Of a stretch of 64,000 bases of DNA, positions 63,605 through 64,000 are shown in pieces. The stretch spans positions 16,103,831-16,167,830 of the forward strand of contig NC_057749.1 of the NCBI RefSeq assembly GCF_004010195.1, written 5' to 3'. A program made the translations under genes and the position numbers. The notes beneath the pieces are model-generated. The model was not told the origin of the DNA and did no database searches. It worked only from the letters and a program-made list of their open reading frames with translations. This DNA comes from Chiloscyllium plagiosum (lineage: Eukaryota). Each line of letters opens with the position of its first letter. Within the stretch, counting starts at the first letter, position 1.

Positions 63605-64000
63605 ATAGGGTCATAGAGATGTACAGCATTGAAACAGACCCTTCGTTCAACTCGTCTATGCTGACCAGATATCCCAACCCAATCCAGTCCCATCTGCCAG
63701 TACCTGGCCCATATCCTTCCAAACCCTTCCTATTCATATATCCATCCAGATGCCTCTTAAATGTTGCAATTGTACCAGCCTCCACTACTTCCTCTGGCAG
63801 CTCATTCCATACATGTACCACGCTCTGTATGAAAAAGTTGCCCCTTAGGTCTCTTTTATATCTTTTCCCTCTCATCCTAAACCTATGCCCTCTAGTTCTG
63901 GACTCTCCCACCCCAAGGAAAAGACCTTGTCCATTTATCCTATCCATGCCCCTCATGATTTTATAAACCTCTATAAAATCACCCCTCAGCCCCCAACGCT
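63605..64000 (-). mobile_element. CR1 3' end, runs off the window
   Basis: ORF 63603..63956. Confidence 0.92.

Overview
Vertebrate genomic DNA, most likely a shark: it carries HE1-type SINEs and dense CR1 and Penelope retroelements, and has three assembly gaps. The only complete protein-coding gene is a 9-coding-exon, plus-strand mitochondrial creatine kinase U-type (CKMT1)-like gene (ATG 27787 to TGA 42688, 412 aa, intact frame, all introns GT-AG). It keeps the ATP-binding and catalytic residues, but all three classic creatine-specificity determinants are changed. The guanidino-specificity loop is 4 residues shorter (DNPG-ESI-G instead of DNPG-HPFIKTV-G), Arg96 is Lys, and Val325 is Glu. That combination is the signature of annelid lombricine and mitochondrial taurocyamine kinases, so this may be a neofunctionalised, non-creatine phosphagen kinase in a vertebrate. 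Collinear homology between about 15.3-20.1 kb and 47.7-51.0 kb points to an old tandem duplication, predicting a sister CKMT1 copy beyond the right edge. Also present: a CpG-rich promoter with a minus-strand first exon near 15.1 kb, many Penelope fragments with minimal hammerhead ribozyme cores, a Mutator-like element with a 9-bp target site duplication (TSD), a solo LTR and a near full-length CR1. Repeat boundaries are approximate unless a TSD is quoted.
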